DNA of 64,000 nt. It comes from an uncultured delta proteobacterium (GTDB lineage Bacteria; Myxococcota_A; UBA9160; SZUA-336). The stretch covers positions 1,768,617-1,832,616 of the forward strand of contig CAVPRM010000002.1 of the NCBI GenBank assembly GCA_963707945.1. Direction: 5' to 3'. Made by a program: the position numbers and the translations under genes. Within the stretch, counting starts at the first letter, position 1. Every line of letters starts with the position of its first letter. The notes below the pieces were generated by a model that saw nothing but the letters and a program-made list of their open reading frames with translations, was not told the origin of the DNA and ran no database searches. Of the stretch, positions 52,331 through 61,203 are shown one piece after another.

Positions 52331-53239
52331 ATGAAAGAGCTTGCAACCGGGCTCCAGTTCCCGGAGGGGCCGATCGCCCTGGCCGACGGAAGTGTCCTCC
52401 TGGTCGAGATCAAGCGCGGGACGCTGACGCGCATTGGCGCCGACGGCCGGCAATCGGTGGTGGCCAAGACGGGTGGAGGCCCCAACGGCGCCGCCCTCGG
52501 CCCCGACGGCAAGGTCTACGTGTGCAACAACGGCGGCTTCGAGTGGCACGAGGTCGGCCCCTACCTGCTGCCCGGGAACCAGCCGAAGGACTACGCGGGC
52601 GGCAGCATCCAGCGGGTCGACCTCGCGACCGGCGCAGTTGAAACGTTGTTCAAGAGCTGCGGGGCGAACCCGTTGCGCGGTCCGAACGACCTCGTGTTCG
52701 ACTCGACCGGCGGCTTCTGGTTCAGCGACCACGGCAAGACCCGCGAGCGCGACCGCGACCGCGGTGGGCTCTACTACGCGCGGCCCGACGCGAAGACGAT
52801 CCGCGAGGTGATCTACCCGCTCGATTCACCGAACGGTGTCGGCCTGTCGCCGGACGGCTCGCGCGTCTATGCGGCCGAGACCCACACCGGGCGGGTGTTC
52901 TTCTGGGAGCTCGCCGGCCCGGGCGAGATCAAACCGCACGCGTCGCCGAACCAAGGCCACCTGCTGGTCGGGCTGCCCGGCCTGCAGCTCCTCGACTCGC
53001 TGGCGATCGACGCGGAGGGGAACGTCTGCGTCGCGACGATCGTGAACGGTGGCATCACGATCATATCGCCCGACGGCGCGAAGGTCGAGCACGTGCCCAT
53101 GCCGGATCCGCTCACGACGAACATCTGCTTCGGCGGAAAGGACCTGAAGACGGCGTACATCACGCTGTCGGCGACCGGCAAGCTCGTGTCGGTGCCGTGG
53201 AAGACGGCGGGGCTGAAGCTCGCGTTCGCGCCCGACTGA
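52331..53239 (+). CDS. SMP-30/gluconolactonase/LRE family beta-propeller protein
   Basis: ATG 52331 (MKELATGLQFPEGPIAL...). GPNGAALGPDG, PNDLVFDSTGGFWFSD and SPNGVGLSPDG are repeats typical of SMP-30/SGL. Confidence 0.85.
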   Translation: MKELATGLQFPEGPIALADGSVLLVEIKRGTLTRIGADGRQSVVAKTGGGPNGAALGPDGKVYVCNNGGFEWHEVGPYLLPGNQPKDYAGGSIQRVDLATGAVETLFKSCGANPLRGPNDLVFDSTGGFWFSDHGKTRERDRDRGGLYYARPDAKTIREVIYPLDSPNGVGLSPDGSRVYAAETHTGRVFFWELAGPGEIKPHASPNQGHLLVGLPGLQLLDSLAIDAEGNVCVATIVNGGITIISPDGAKVEHVPMPDPLTTNICFGGKDLKTAYITLSATGKLVSVPWKTAGLKLAFAPD

Positions 53240-53313
53240 ACTTCGCTCGCCTGCGGCTCGCTGCGCCCGGCTGCGCCGCTTTGCGTCCTCGCTCGGGGCG
53301 GCCCTCGCTCGGC

Positions 53314-54330
53314 CTAGAGCGTTCTTGTGATCTTGCGCAGGCCGACCGGGTAGTCCGGGTCGCGGCCACGCGCGCGCGCGAGCCAGAAGGCGAGGAGCTG
53401 GCCCGCGATCGCTGCGGGAATCGGGGCCAGCCACTCGGGGGACTCGGGCAGCGCGAGGTCGGCGTCGAGCGAGTCGCCCACGCGCACGAGCTTCGCGCCG
53501 CGCGCCCGCAGGTCCTGTCCGAGCCGGCGCACGTCGGCGGCGGCGGGACCCGCAAGCTCGAGCGCGAGAACCGGCGCCCCGTTCGCGGCGAGCGCGATCG
53601 GGCCGTGGCGATAGTCGGCGGCGGAGAACGGCTCGGCGAAGACCCCTGCGAGCTCCTTCAGCTTGAGCGCCCACTCGAGCGCGACCGGAAAGCCGAAGCC
53701 GCGCCCGACCACCGCGATCGCCGGATGCGGCGCGAGCTCGTCCGCGAGCTCGTGCGCCGCGCGGTCCACCTCCAGCGCCTGCGCCGCGGCCTGCGGCACC
53801 CGCGCAAGCGCCGGGTCCTCCTCGCCGGCCCAGCCCGAGGCGAGATGAGCGAGCGCGAACAGGGTCGTCGTGAACGAGCCGGTCGCCGCGACCGAGCGCT
53901 CGCCGCCGAGCCCGAGCGCGATCACGTGCTCGGCGGCGCGCGCGAGCGGCGCCTCGAGCCGGTCCGTGAGCGCCAGGGTCGCGCAGCCCTGAGCGCGCGC
54001 GTCCTCGATCACGCGCACCACGTCGGGCGAGGCGCCCGACTGCGAGATGCCCACGGCGATCCAGCGCTCGAGCCGCGGCGCGCGCTCGTACAGGGTGATC
54101 AGCGACGGCGCCGCCAGGGCGACCGTGACGCCCAGCTTCGCGCCGAACAGGTACTTCGCGTAGACCGCGGCGTGGTCGGAGCTGCCGCGCGCGGCGATCA
54201 GCACGCCGGCCGGCCGGCGCGCGCCGAGCTGCGCGCCGAGCTCGATCGCGCGCGCGCCCTGGTGCACGAGGAAACGGTTCAGCACGTCGGGCTGCGCGAA
54301 GATCTCCCGCGCGAGCTCCGACTCGCTCAG
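53314..54330 (-). CDS. Double-SIS-domain sugar-phosphate isomerase/deaminase (GlmS C-terminal-like, AgaS/FrlB type); apparent CTG start
   Basis: 338 aa: (L)SESELAREIFAQPDVLNRFL...AARGSSDHAA...GISQSGASPDV...VGRGFGFPVALEWALKLKE. The conserved N-terminus begins at CTG 54328-54330, inside a CTGA overlap with the upstream stop. Confidence 0.8.
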   Translation of the reverse strand: MSESELAREIFAQPDVLNRFLVHQGARAIELGAQLGARRPAGVLIAARGSSDHAAVYAKYLFGAKLGVTVALAAPSLITLYERAPRLERWIAVGISQSGASPDVVRVIEDARAQGCATLALTDRLEAPLARAAEHVIALGLGGERSVAATGSFTTTLFALAHLASGWAGEEDPALARVPQAAAQALEVDRAAHELADELAPHPAIAVVGRGFGFPVALEWALKLKELAGVFAEPFSAADYRHGPIALAANGAPVLALELAGPAAADVRRLGQDLRARGAKLVRVGDSLDADLALPESPEWLAPIPAAIAGQLLAFWLARARGRDPDYPVGLRKITRTL

Positions 54331-55145
54331 ACGACGAGCTCCCGCAGGCGCGCGACATCGTCCGGTGTCGCCCCGACCAGCACGCCCCGCACCCCCGGCT
54401 CGAAGCGCTCGGGCAGCGAGCCGGTGAGCGTCTCGACGCAGCCGCCCGCTTCCAGAGTGGCGAGACCCGCGATCCAGGCGCGCCGCGACAGGCCGTCGGG
54501 CTCGGTCGAGATGCGCAGGCCCCCACCCACCGAGTCGAGCAGCGGCGCGACGCCGATCGCGGCGCCGGCGGCCACGATCGGCTTCCAGAGCGCGGCGTTC
54601 ACGCGCGCGCGGACCTCCTGAGGCAGGCCGTGCGACACCAGGAGCTGCGAGCCGCCGCGCACCGCGCGCGCAGGCACGAACGCGAACCCGTCGTCGATCC
54701 GCGCGACCTCGGCGCCGCCGCCGCGGGTGGCGCGCACGATCACGCCGAACTGCGGCACCGCGACCAGCGCCGCCTCGACCCGCCCCTCGCGCTCGAGCCC
54801 GAGCAGGATCGCGTACGGCCCATCGCCGCGCAGATAGCGCGCGGTCCCGTCGATCGGGTCGACCACGACCGTCTGCGGCGAGCGATTCGCCGCGAATGCC
54901 CCGGCGCTGGGAGTGTCCTCCTCGACGAACACCGACACCCACGGGAAGTGCGCGCGCAGCGCGACGAGCAGGACTTCCTGCGAGACACAGTCGCCGTCGG
55001 TGAGCGCCGCCTTCTCGTGCGTGAGCTCGTCCGTCTTGGGCCGGTTGCGGACCCGTCCCTCGAGCCAGCGCACGGCGGCAGTCGCCTGCCATACGGGCAA
55101 GGTCATGCGCTCGACGAACTCGCGCGCAGAGACGTCAGCCACCAC
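54327..55145 (-). CDS. Inositol monophosphatase/CysQ-like family phosphatase
   Basis: 272-aa ORF. FVEEDTP and VVVDPIDGTARYL are IMPase metal-binding motifs. Confidence 0.8.
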   Translation of the reverse strand: MVADVSAREFVERMTLPVWQATAAVRWLEGRVRNRPKTDELTHEKAALTDGDCVSQEVLLVALRAHFPWVSVFVEEDTPSAGAFAANRSPQTVVVDPIDGTARYLRGDGPYAILLGLEREGRVEAALVAVPQFGVIVRATRGGGAEVARIDDGFAFVPARAVRGGSQLLVSHGLPQEVRARVNAALWKPIVAAGAAIGVAPLLDSVGGGLRISTEPDGLSRRAWIAGLATLEAGGCVETLTGSLPERFEPGVRGVLVGATPDDVARLRELVV

Positions 55146-55172
55146 GGGCGGGCAGCTTAGCGGCGAACGGGC

Positions 55173-56318
55173 TCAGGAGCGAGGAAGGCCCAGAATGCGC
55201 TCCGCGATGATGTTCTTCTGGATCTCGCTGGTGCCGCCGGCGATGGTCTGGGCGCGATCGCCGAGGAAGCGCATCGCCGCGGCGCGCGCGTCGCCGGCCG
55301 CCTCGTGGTTCTCGTAGAGCTGCCCGTACGCGCCCAGGAGCGACAGGTGCGCCGTCGACATCTGCTGCGCGAGGGAGGTCCCGGCCAGCTTCATCGCGGC
55401 CGAGAGGTGCGGGTTCAGCCGTCCGTGCAGGCCGTCGCTCATCGCGCGGTAGCCGGAGTACTTCGAGACCGCGCACGCGATGGCCAGGTCGGCGAGCTTC
55501 TGGCGCACCATCGGGTCGCGCGACTTGCCGCGCTTCTTCGCCGCTGCGAACAGCCGCTGCAGCGCCTCGTCCTGGCGCATGCCGCCGGCGATGCCGTTGC
55601 GCTCGTTCACGAGCGCGCCCGAGATGATCTTCCAGCCCTCGCCTTCCGCGCCGAGCCGGTTCTCGACCGGCACCCGCACGTCGGTCATGAAGACCTCGTT
55701 GAACTCGGACTCGCCGGTGATCTGAACGATCGGCTTCACCAGCATGCCCGGCGCGTTCATCTCCATGAGCAGCACCGTGAGACCGTCGTACTTCGAGTCG
55801 CCCAGACCCGGCACGCGCACCATGCAGAAGTACCAGTTCGAGAGGTGGGCGATCGTGGTCCAGATCTTCTGGCCGTTCACCACGTAGTGGTCGCCGTCGC
55901 GGACCGCGCGGGTCTGCGTGTTGAACATGTCGCTGCCGGCGCCGGGCTCGGAGTAGCCGGTCGCCCAGATGTCGTTGCCCGAGAGGATGCTCGCGACGAA
56001 GCGCTGCTTCTGCGCCTCGGTCCCGAACTTCATGATCGCCGGGCCGACCCACCAGATCCCCATCTGCCCGGGCACGCCCGGCGCCTTCGCGCGGGTCAGC
56101 TCCTCGTTCAGGATCGCCTGCTCCATGTCGGAGAGGCCGGCGCCGCCGTACTCCTTCGGCCAGGCCGCGCCGAGGAAGCCGCCTTCGTGGAGCTTCCGCT
56201 GCCAGGCTTTGCCCTCCTCCAGCGAGAGCGCGCCCTTCGCGCGCGGTGCGTTCGCTTCGATCCAGGTGCGCACCTTGGCGCGGAAAGCTTCCTCAGCCGG
56301 GGTGTACTCGAGGTCCAT
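55173..56318 (-). CDS. Acyl-CoA dehydrogenase
   Basis: 381-aa ORF. GYSEPGAGSD, YVVNGQKIWTT and IAGGTSEIQKNIIAERILGLP are ACAD motifs. Confidence 0.9.
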   Translation of the reverse strand: MDLEYTPAEEAFRAKVRTWIEANAPRAKGALSLEEGKAWQRKLHEGGFLGAAWPKEYGGAGLSDMEQAILNEELTRAKAPGVPGQMGIWWVGPAIMKFGTEAQKQRFVASILSGNDIWATGYSEPGAGSDMFNTQTRAVRDGDHYVVNGQKIWTTIAHLSNWYFCMVRVPGLGDSKYDGLTVLLMEMNAPGMLVKPIVQITGESEFNEVFMTDVRVPVENRLGAEGEGWKIISGALVNERNGIAGGMRQDEALQRLFAAAKKRGKSRDPMVRQKLADLAIACAVSKYSGYRAMSDGLHGRLNPHLSAAMKLAGTSLAQQMSTAHLSLLGAYGQLYENHEAAGDARAAAMRFLGDRAQTIAGGTSEIQKNIIAERILGLPRS

Positions 56319-56330
56319 GCCGCGAGGTTA

Positions 56331-57479
56331 TCACGCTGACGCTGCCCTCTTCCGGGCCCGCTCGAACAGGCGCCGGATGACTTCCGGCTTGGCGGGCTCG
56401 CGCTCGGCGGTGGCCAGGTTCTCGTCGACGTGCTCGGGGCTGCGCATCGCGACCAGGGCCGTCGTCACACCAGGTGTGCTGCGCGCGAACTGGAGACACC
56501 GTTGTGCGTCGGTGCGCTGGTCGGGGAAGGCCTGCCGGAAGAACAGCGGCAGGCCGCGCGCTGCGCGACCTTGCACGAGCGGCGCCGCGGTGAAGACGGC
56601 CGTGCCGGTGTCGCGCAGCGTCTCGAGGAGCGGGGTCGGCTTCGCCTCCGGACCGAACTGCGACTCGAGCGCCACCGCCTCGCCCTGCGCGACGCTGTAG
56701 GGCAACGCGATCCCGCGCAGGTGGTGGTCCGCGCCGCCGACCTGCATCGCGGTCTCGAGCAGCTCGAACATCGAGAGATGCCCGCGCTCGCCGTAAGGGA
56801 CCAGCAGCCCGTGCCACGTCGAGAGGCCGTAGGCGGCGATCGCACCGCTCGCGCACTTCTCCTCGAGCACCTCGAAGAGCTTGGCGAGGAGCGTCCGGAA
56901 CTCGCTCGGCCCGTGCGCGGCGAGCTGCAGCTCCGGATCCTCGAGCATGTAGAGGTCGATCGTCTCGAGCCCCAGGTTCCGGCGGCTGCGCTCGACCTGG
57001 TCGGCGACGAAGCGCGGGCTGAGCACGTGCACGCCGTTCACGACCTCGTTCACGTCGACGAGCCCCGAGTCGACGTACGTCTTCACCAGGTACCGGCGCG
57101 GGTCCATGATGGACTCGGCGTCGTAGGCGAGATAGCCGCACTTGCTGATCACGAACACTTCGTCGCGGCGCGCCACGTTCTCCGCGAACGCGCGGCGCAG
57201 CGCGCGGCCCACCGCGCGCTCGCTCGTCTGCTGCCGGTACGAGATCGCGGTGTCGACGACGTTCGCGCCGAGCTCGAGCACGCGCGGCACGGCCGAGCGG
57301 TAGCAGAGGTCGTCGACGCCGCCGGGCGCGCCGGGCTTGGTGCCGAGCCCGAGCGACGAGAGCCAGAGCCGATCGGGCCGGCGGAAGTGGCCGGGCAGCG
57401 CGGGGAAGCGCTCGGCGAAGCGCCGCGTGCCTTCCGGCGTCGCGCGGCCCGGAGTCAGCTCGGCTTCGGCCATCTGCAA
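56331..57479 (-). CDS. Aldo/keto reductase family oxidoreductase
   Basis: 382-aa ORF. LGLGT, VVDTAISYR (DTA..Y block) and VISKCG (catalytic Lys context). Confidence 0.85.
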   Translation of the reverse strand: MQMAEAELTPGRATPEGTRRFAERFPALPGHFRRPDRLWLSSLGLGTKPGAPGGVDDLCYRSAVPRVLELGANVVDTAISYRQQTSERAVGRALRRAFAENVARRDEVFVISKCGYLAYDAESIMDPRRYLVKTYVDSGLVDVNEVVNGVHVLSPRFVADQVERSRRNLGLETIDLYMLEDPELQLAAHGPSEFRTLLAKLFEVLEEKCASGAIAAYGLSTWHGLLVPYGERGHLSMFELLETAMQVGGADHHLRGIALPYSVAQGEAVALESQFGPEAKPTPLLETLRDTGTAVFTAAPLVQGRAARGLPLFFRQAFPDQRTDAQRCLQFARSTPGVTTALVAMRSPEHVDENLATAEREPAKPEVIRRLFERARKRAASA

Positions 57480-57583
57480 GACACTTAGCTCGCGGGGGTC
57501 GTCGGTGCACTCGCTGCCTCACCGGCGAATCTAATCGCGCGTTCACCGCGCTCACCGCACGGGCCGATACGCTCGACGACATC

Positions 57584-58477
57584 GTGGTCCGCTGGGTTGG
57601 GCTGGCTCTTCTCGTCGGAGCAGGCGCCGCGTGCGCCGCCGCGCACCACCCGCAGCCGGTCGAGCCCGCGCCCGCTCCCGCTCCCGAGCCCTCGCCGCTG
57701 GCCGTGCCGCCACCGCCGGCCGAGCCGGACCACTCGATCCCGAGCCAGCTCGCCTCCGACTTCCGCTGGGCGGTCAACAATCTCGAGGCGGACGGCGAGG
57801 ACATCGTCACCTCGCCGTGTCACATCGGGGAGCTCTCCGAGAAGCCGGAGTTCTACTGGACCACGCTTGCCGCCGCGGCGGCCCTCGGCGGAGCGTTCGC
57901 GCTCGACACACCCGTCCGGATCCACACCAAGCACATCTCCCACGGCGATGCCGACGCACTCGAGTCGGGCGGACAGATCGCGCTCTGGAGCGCGACCGGG
58001 CTGGTCTACGGCTGGGGCATCTGGAACGACGACGCGCGCGCGCGCCGCTACATGATGACGTCGATCGCGTCGAGCGCGATCGCAGGGCTGATCGCGACGG
58101 GGACCAAGGCGGCGTTCGGCAGGCTGCGCCCGAACGCCAACCAGGGAGCCTTCCAGTTCTGGAAGGGAGGAGACTCGTTCGTCTCGGACGCAGCCACGCC
58201 TGCGTTCGCGCTGGCGACCGGAGTGTCCGAATGGGCCGACAACCGCTGGTACGTCGCGGTGCCGGCCTACGGCGCCGCAGCGGCGGTCGGCCTCGGACGG
58301 ATGGGCAAGGACGCGCACTGGCTGTCCGACATCGTCGGCTCCGCGCTGATCGGGGTGGGCACCACGGAGCTGCTCCTGTACCTGCACAATCAGCACGACG
58401 CCAAGCCGAGCCGCTACCGGATCTTCCCGGTCGCCACCGGCGGCGGCATCGGGATCGGGGTGAGCGGCGAGTTCTGA
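57584..58477 (+). CDS. PAP2 (type 2 phosphatidic acid phosphatase) superfamily lipoprotein-like protein with a degenerate C2 motif
   Basis: 297-aa ORF (GTG start) with signal/lipobox-like LALLVGAGAAC. C1 motif is KAAFGRLRP and C3 motif is GRMGKDAHWLSD. The C2 position reads SFVSDAA instead of PSGH. Confidence 0.75.
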   Translation: MVRWVGLALLVGAGAACAAAHHPQPVEPAPAPAPEPSPLAVPPPPAEPDHSIPSQLASDFRWAVNNLEADGEDIVTSPCHIGELSEKPEFYWTTLAAAAALGGAFALDTPVRIHTKHISHGDADALESGGQIALWSATGLVYGWGIWNDDARARRYMMTSIASSAIAGLIATGTKAAFGRLRPNANQGAFQFWKGGDSFVSDAATPAFALATGVSEWADNRWYVAVPAYGAAAAVGLGRMGKDAHWLSDIVGSALIGVGTTELLLYLHNQHDAKPSRYRIFPVATGGGIGIGVSGEF

Positions 58478-58518
58478 GCGGCGCCGCCGCGTGACAAACG
58501 GAGCGCGGCTCGGGCAGG

Positions 58519-60156
58519 ATGCCGCGCATGGAATTCAATCTCGGCGAGATCAACGAGGCGATCGCGGCGGCGATTCCGGACCGCGAGATGATGGTCTGGC
58601 GCGATCGCCGGCTCTCCTACGCGCAGGTGGCGGAGCGCTCGCGGCGCCTGGCGAACTACCTGCGCGGCCGCGGCCTCGGCGTGCAGCGGCGAGCGCAGCG
58701 AGCTCGCGGGCTGGGAGTCCGGGCAGGACCACGTCGCGCTCTACCTGTACAACGGGCCGCGAGTACATCGAGGGCATGCTCGGCGCGTTCAAGGCGCGCA
58801 CCGCGCCCTTCAACGTGAACTACCGCTACGTGGACGAGGAGCTCGTCTACCTGCTCCGCGACTCGCGCGCGCGCGCGATCGTGTACCACTCGTGCTTCGC
58901 GCCGACCCTCGCGCGGATTCGCGCCTCGCTGCCCGAGCTCGAGGTGCTGCATCCAGGTGGAGGACGGCTCGGGTGAAGCGCTGCTGCCGGGCGCCGTCGA
59001 CTACGAAGCGGCGCTCGCGGGCTCGTCGCCGGGACCGGTGGACGTGCGCTGCTCGCCCGACGACCTCTACATCCTCTACACCGGCGGCACGACCGGCATG
59101 CCGAAGGGCGTGCTCTGGCGCCAGGCGGACATCTTCATCGGCGCCCTCGGCGGCCGCGGGCCGGCCGGCGAGGCGAAGTCCATCGAGGACGTCGTGGCGC
59201 GCGCGAAGACCGGCGGCATGAAGACCATGCCCACGCCGCCGCTCATGCACGGCGCCGCGCACTGGGCGTCGTTCAACGGCTTCCACTCGGGCAACACCGT
59301 GGTGTTTCAGAGCGTCGTGCGACCGGCTCGATCCCGACGACGTCTTGCGCACCGCGGAGCGCGAGAAGGCGAACGCGATGCTGATCGTGGGCGACGCCTT
59401 CGCGCGCCCGCTGATCGACCAGCTCCGCAAGGCGAGCTACGACCTGTCGGCGCTGTTCGCGGTGGTGAGCGGCGGCGCGGCGCTGAACGCGGCACTGAAG
59501 AAGGAGCTGCTCGAGCTGCTGCCGAAGATCTCGATCATCGACGCGGTCGGCTCGTCCGAGACCGGCTCGCAGGCGTCGAACGTCTCGAACCAGGCCTCGG
59601 GCGCCACGACCGGCACGTTCACGCTCGGGCCCGGCGCGTGCGTGCTGTCCGAGGACCTCTCGCGGATGGCTGGCGCCCGGCGACGACGGAGCTCGGCTGG
59701 TTCGCGCAGAGCGGGCGCGTGCCGCTCGGCTACCTCGGCGACCGCGCCAAGACCGAGCGCACCTTCCCGGTGATCGGCGGCGTGCGCTACTCGGTGCCGG
59801 GCGACCGCGCGCGCCTGCGCGCCGACGGCATCCTCGAGCTGCTCGGCCGCGACTCGGTCACGATCAACTCGGGCGGCGAGAAGATCTTCGCCGAGGAGGT
59901 CGAGCACGCGCTGAAGTCGCACCCCGCGGTGATGGACGCCGTCGTGTGCGGCCGGCCGAGCGAGCGCTGGGGCAACGAGGTGGTTGCGATCGTGCGCCTG
60001 CGCGAGGGCAGCGCGGTCGGCGAGCGCGAGCTCCTGGCCGAGTGCGAGAAGCACATCGCCCGCTACAAGCTCCCCAAGGCGTTCCTGTTCCGCGACGAGA
60101 TCGTGCGCTCGCCCTCGGGGAAGGCCGACTACCGCTGGGCGAAGGCGCAGGTCTGA
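58519..60156 (+). pseudogene. Acyl-CoA synthetase/AMP-dependent ligase broken by six single-base insertions
   Basis: Conserved pieces lie in rotating frames: MPRMEFNLGEINEAI...GLGVQR / ERSELAGWESGQDHVALYLYNGP / EYIEGMLGAFKARTAPFNVNYRYV...ELEVL / IQVEDGSGE...YILYTGGTTGMPKGVLW...FQSVV / DRLDPDDVLRTAEREKANAMLIVGDAF...SEDLSRM / LAPGDD / ELGWFAQSGRVPLGYLGD...SGGEKIF...PSGKADYRWAKAQV*. Breaks are at about 58690, 58760, 58950, 59320, 59669 and 59688. Confidence 0.85.
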
Positions 60157-60170
60157 TTCCTGACTCGGCT

Positions 60171-60497
60171 TCATCCCTTGAGGCGCACGCGCCAGGCTTC
60201 CGAGTCGTCGGACTCGAAGCCGCGCAGGCGCAGGTCCTGGGCGACTTCGAAGAGCGCGCGGCGGAAGCTCGCGCGGTCGCGCTCGAGCTCCGGGCTCGGC
60301 GCCGCGTCGACGCCGCCGAGCGTCACGCTCGCGACCGAGCTCTCGGCGCCGAACATGGCGGGGCCCGCGAGGTCCTTCCAGAACGCTTCGCCCTCGACGC
60401 GCATCTCCTCGCGCGCGGCCAGCGACTGCATGGTGACGGCCTCCGCGGCGTGGCCGTGCTTGCGCAGCAGCCGGGCGAGCTCGTCGTGCGGGGTCAC
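60171..60497 (-). CDS. Small hypothetical protein
   Basis: 108 aa from GTG 60495-60497 (GTGA overlap with the upstream lipoprotein stop): VTPHDELARLLRKHGHAAEAVTMQSLAAREEMRVEGEAFWKDL... Realistic composition. Confidence 0.45.
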   Translation of the reverse strand: MTPHDELARLLRKHGHAAEAVTMQSLAAREEMRVEGEAFWKDLAGPAMFGAESSVASVTLGGVDAAPSPELERDRASFRRALFEVAQDLRLRGFESDDSEAWRVRLKG

Positions 60498-61202
60498 GGG
60501 GGCTCCGGCCAGCCGACGCTCTTCTCCTCGACGATCCGCCACGAGCCGTCGGCGCTGGCGCCGACGACCAGAACGAGCGGCGTCCGCGCCGGATCCGCGC
60601 TGCTGCCGCGGACCGCGGTGATGCGCACGCGCTCGCCCTCCAGCTGGTAGGCGGGCTCGCGCCAGTCGAGCGACTGGTAGGCCGTCACCGCGCGCTCGAG
60701 CCCCGCGCGCAGCAGCGGCTTGTACTCCGCGCCGCGCAGCGGCGGCTGCCCGTCGAGCTCGATCTGCGCGTCGATGCTGTAGCAGTCGGCCAGGTGCGGA
60801 TTGCGGTCGCGCAGCAGCTTCTCGCACGCCGTGAACAGCCGCTGCGCAGTGGCGAGCGGCGCCTCGTCCGCGCGCGGCTGCACCGGGCTCGGGCGCTCGG
60901 TCGCCACCTGGATCTCCTCGGCCTGCTGCTCCGATCTCGCCGCGTCGCGCGGGAGGGTCACCGGCAGCAGCACCGTGTCGACCAGGAACGAGAACGGGAG
61001 GTCGATGAGCGCGAACATGATCCCGCCGATGCTCAAATCGACGAACGCGTTCCCGAGCACTTTCGCGTCGTAGCGGGTGCCGCTGTAGACGAGCGGGCCC
61101 CTGTATCCCTTGTTCGTCTGCGTGTCGATCGCCATGCACGCCGAGGCGGTGAGCGCGAGGAGCGCCGCCGCACCGCGCGCGAACGCTGCGGGCGCACTTC
61201 AC
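60494..61202 (-). pseudogene. YceK/YidQ-like lipoprotein with an extra C-terminal domain; signal peptide split by one extra base
   Basis: Track ORF 60494..61135 carries the DLPFSFLVDTVLLP motif (YceK/DUF1375-like). Directly upstream in the same frame is ...AAALLALTASAC (lipobox) but no start. GTG 61200-61202 (VKCARSVRAR...) is in the frame offset by +1, so the break lies between 61171 and 61199. Confidence 0.6.
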
Positions 61203-61203
61203 G

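Noticed and set aside
57519-57558. TCACCG occurs three times, including a 9-nt tandem (T/C)TCACCGC(G/A) at 57542-57559, in the AKR/PAP2 divergent intergenic region.
   Set aside because: It is too short and GC-rich to distinguish from chance without comparative data, and there is no symmetric partner.
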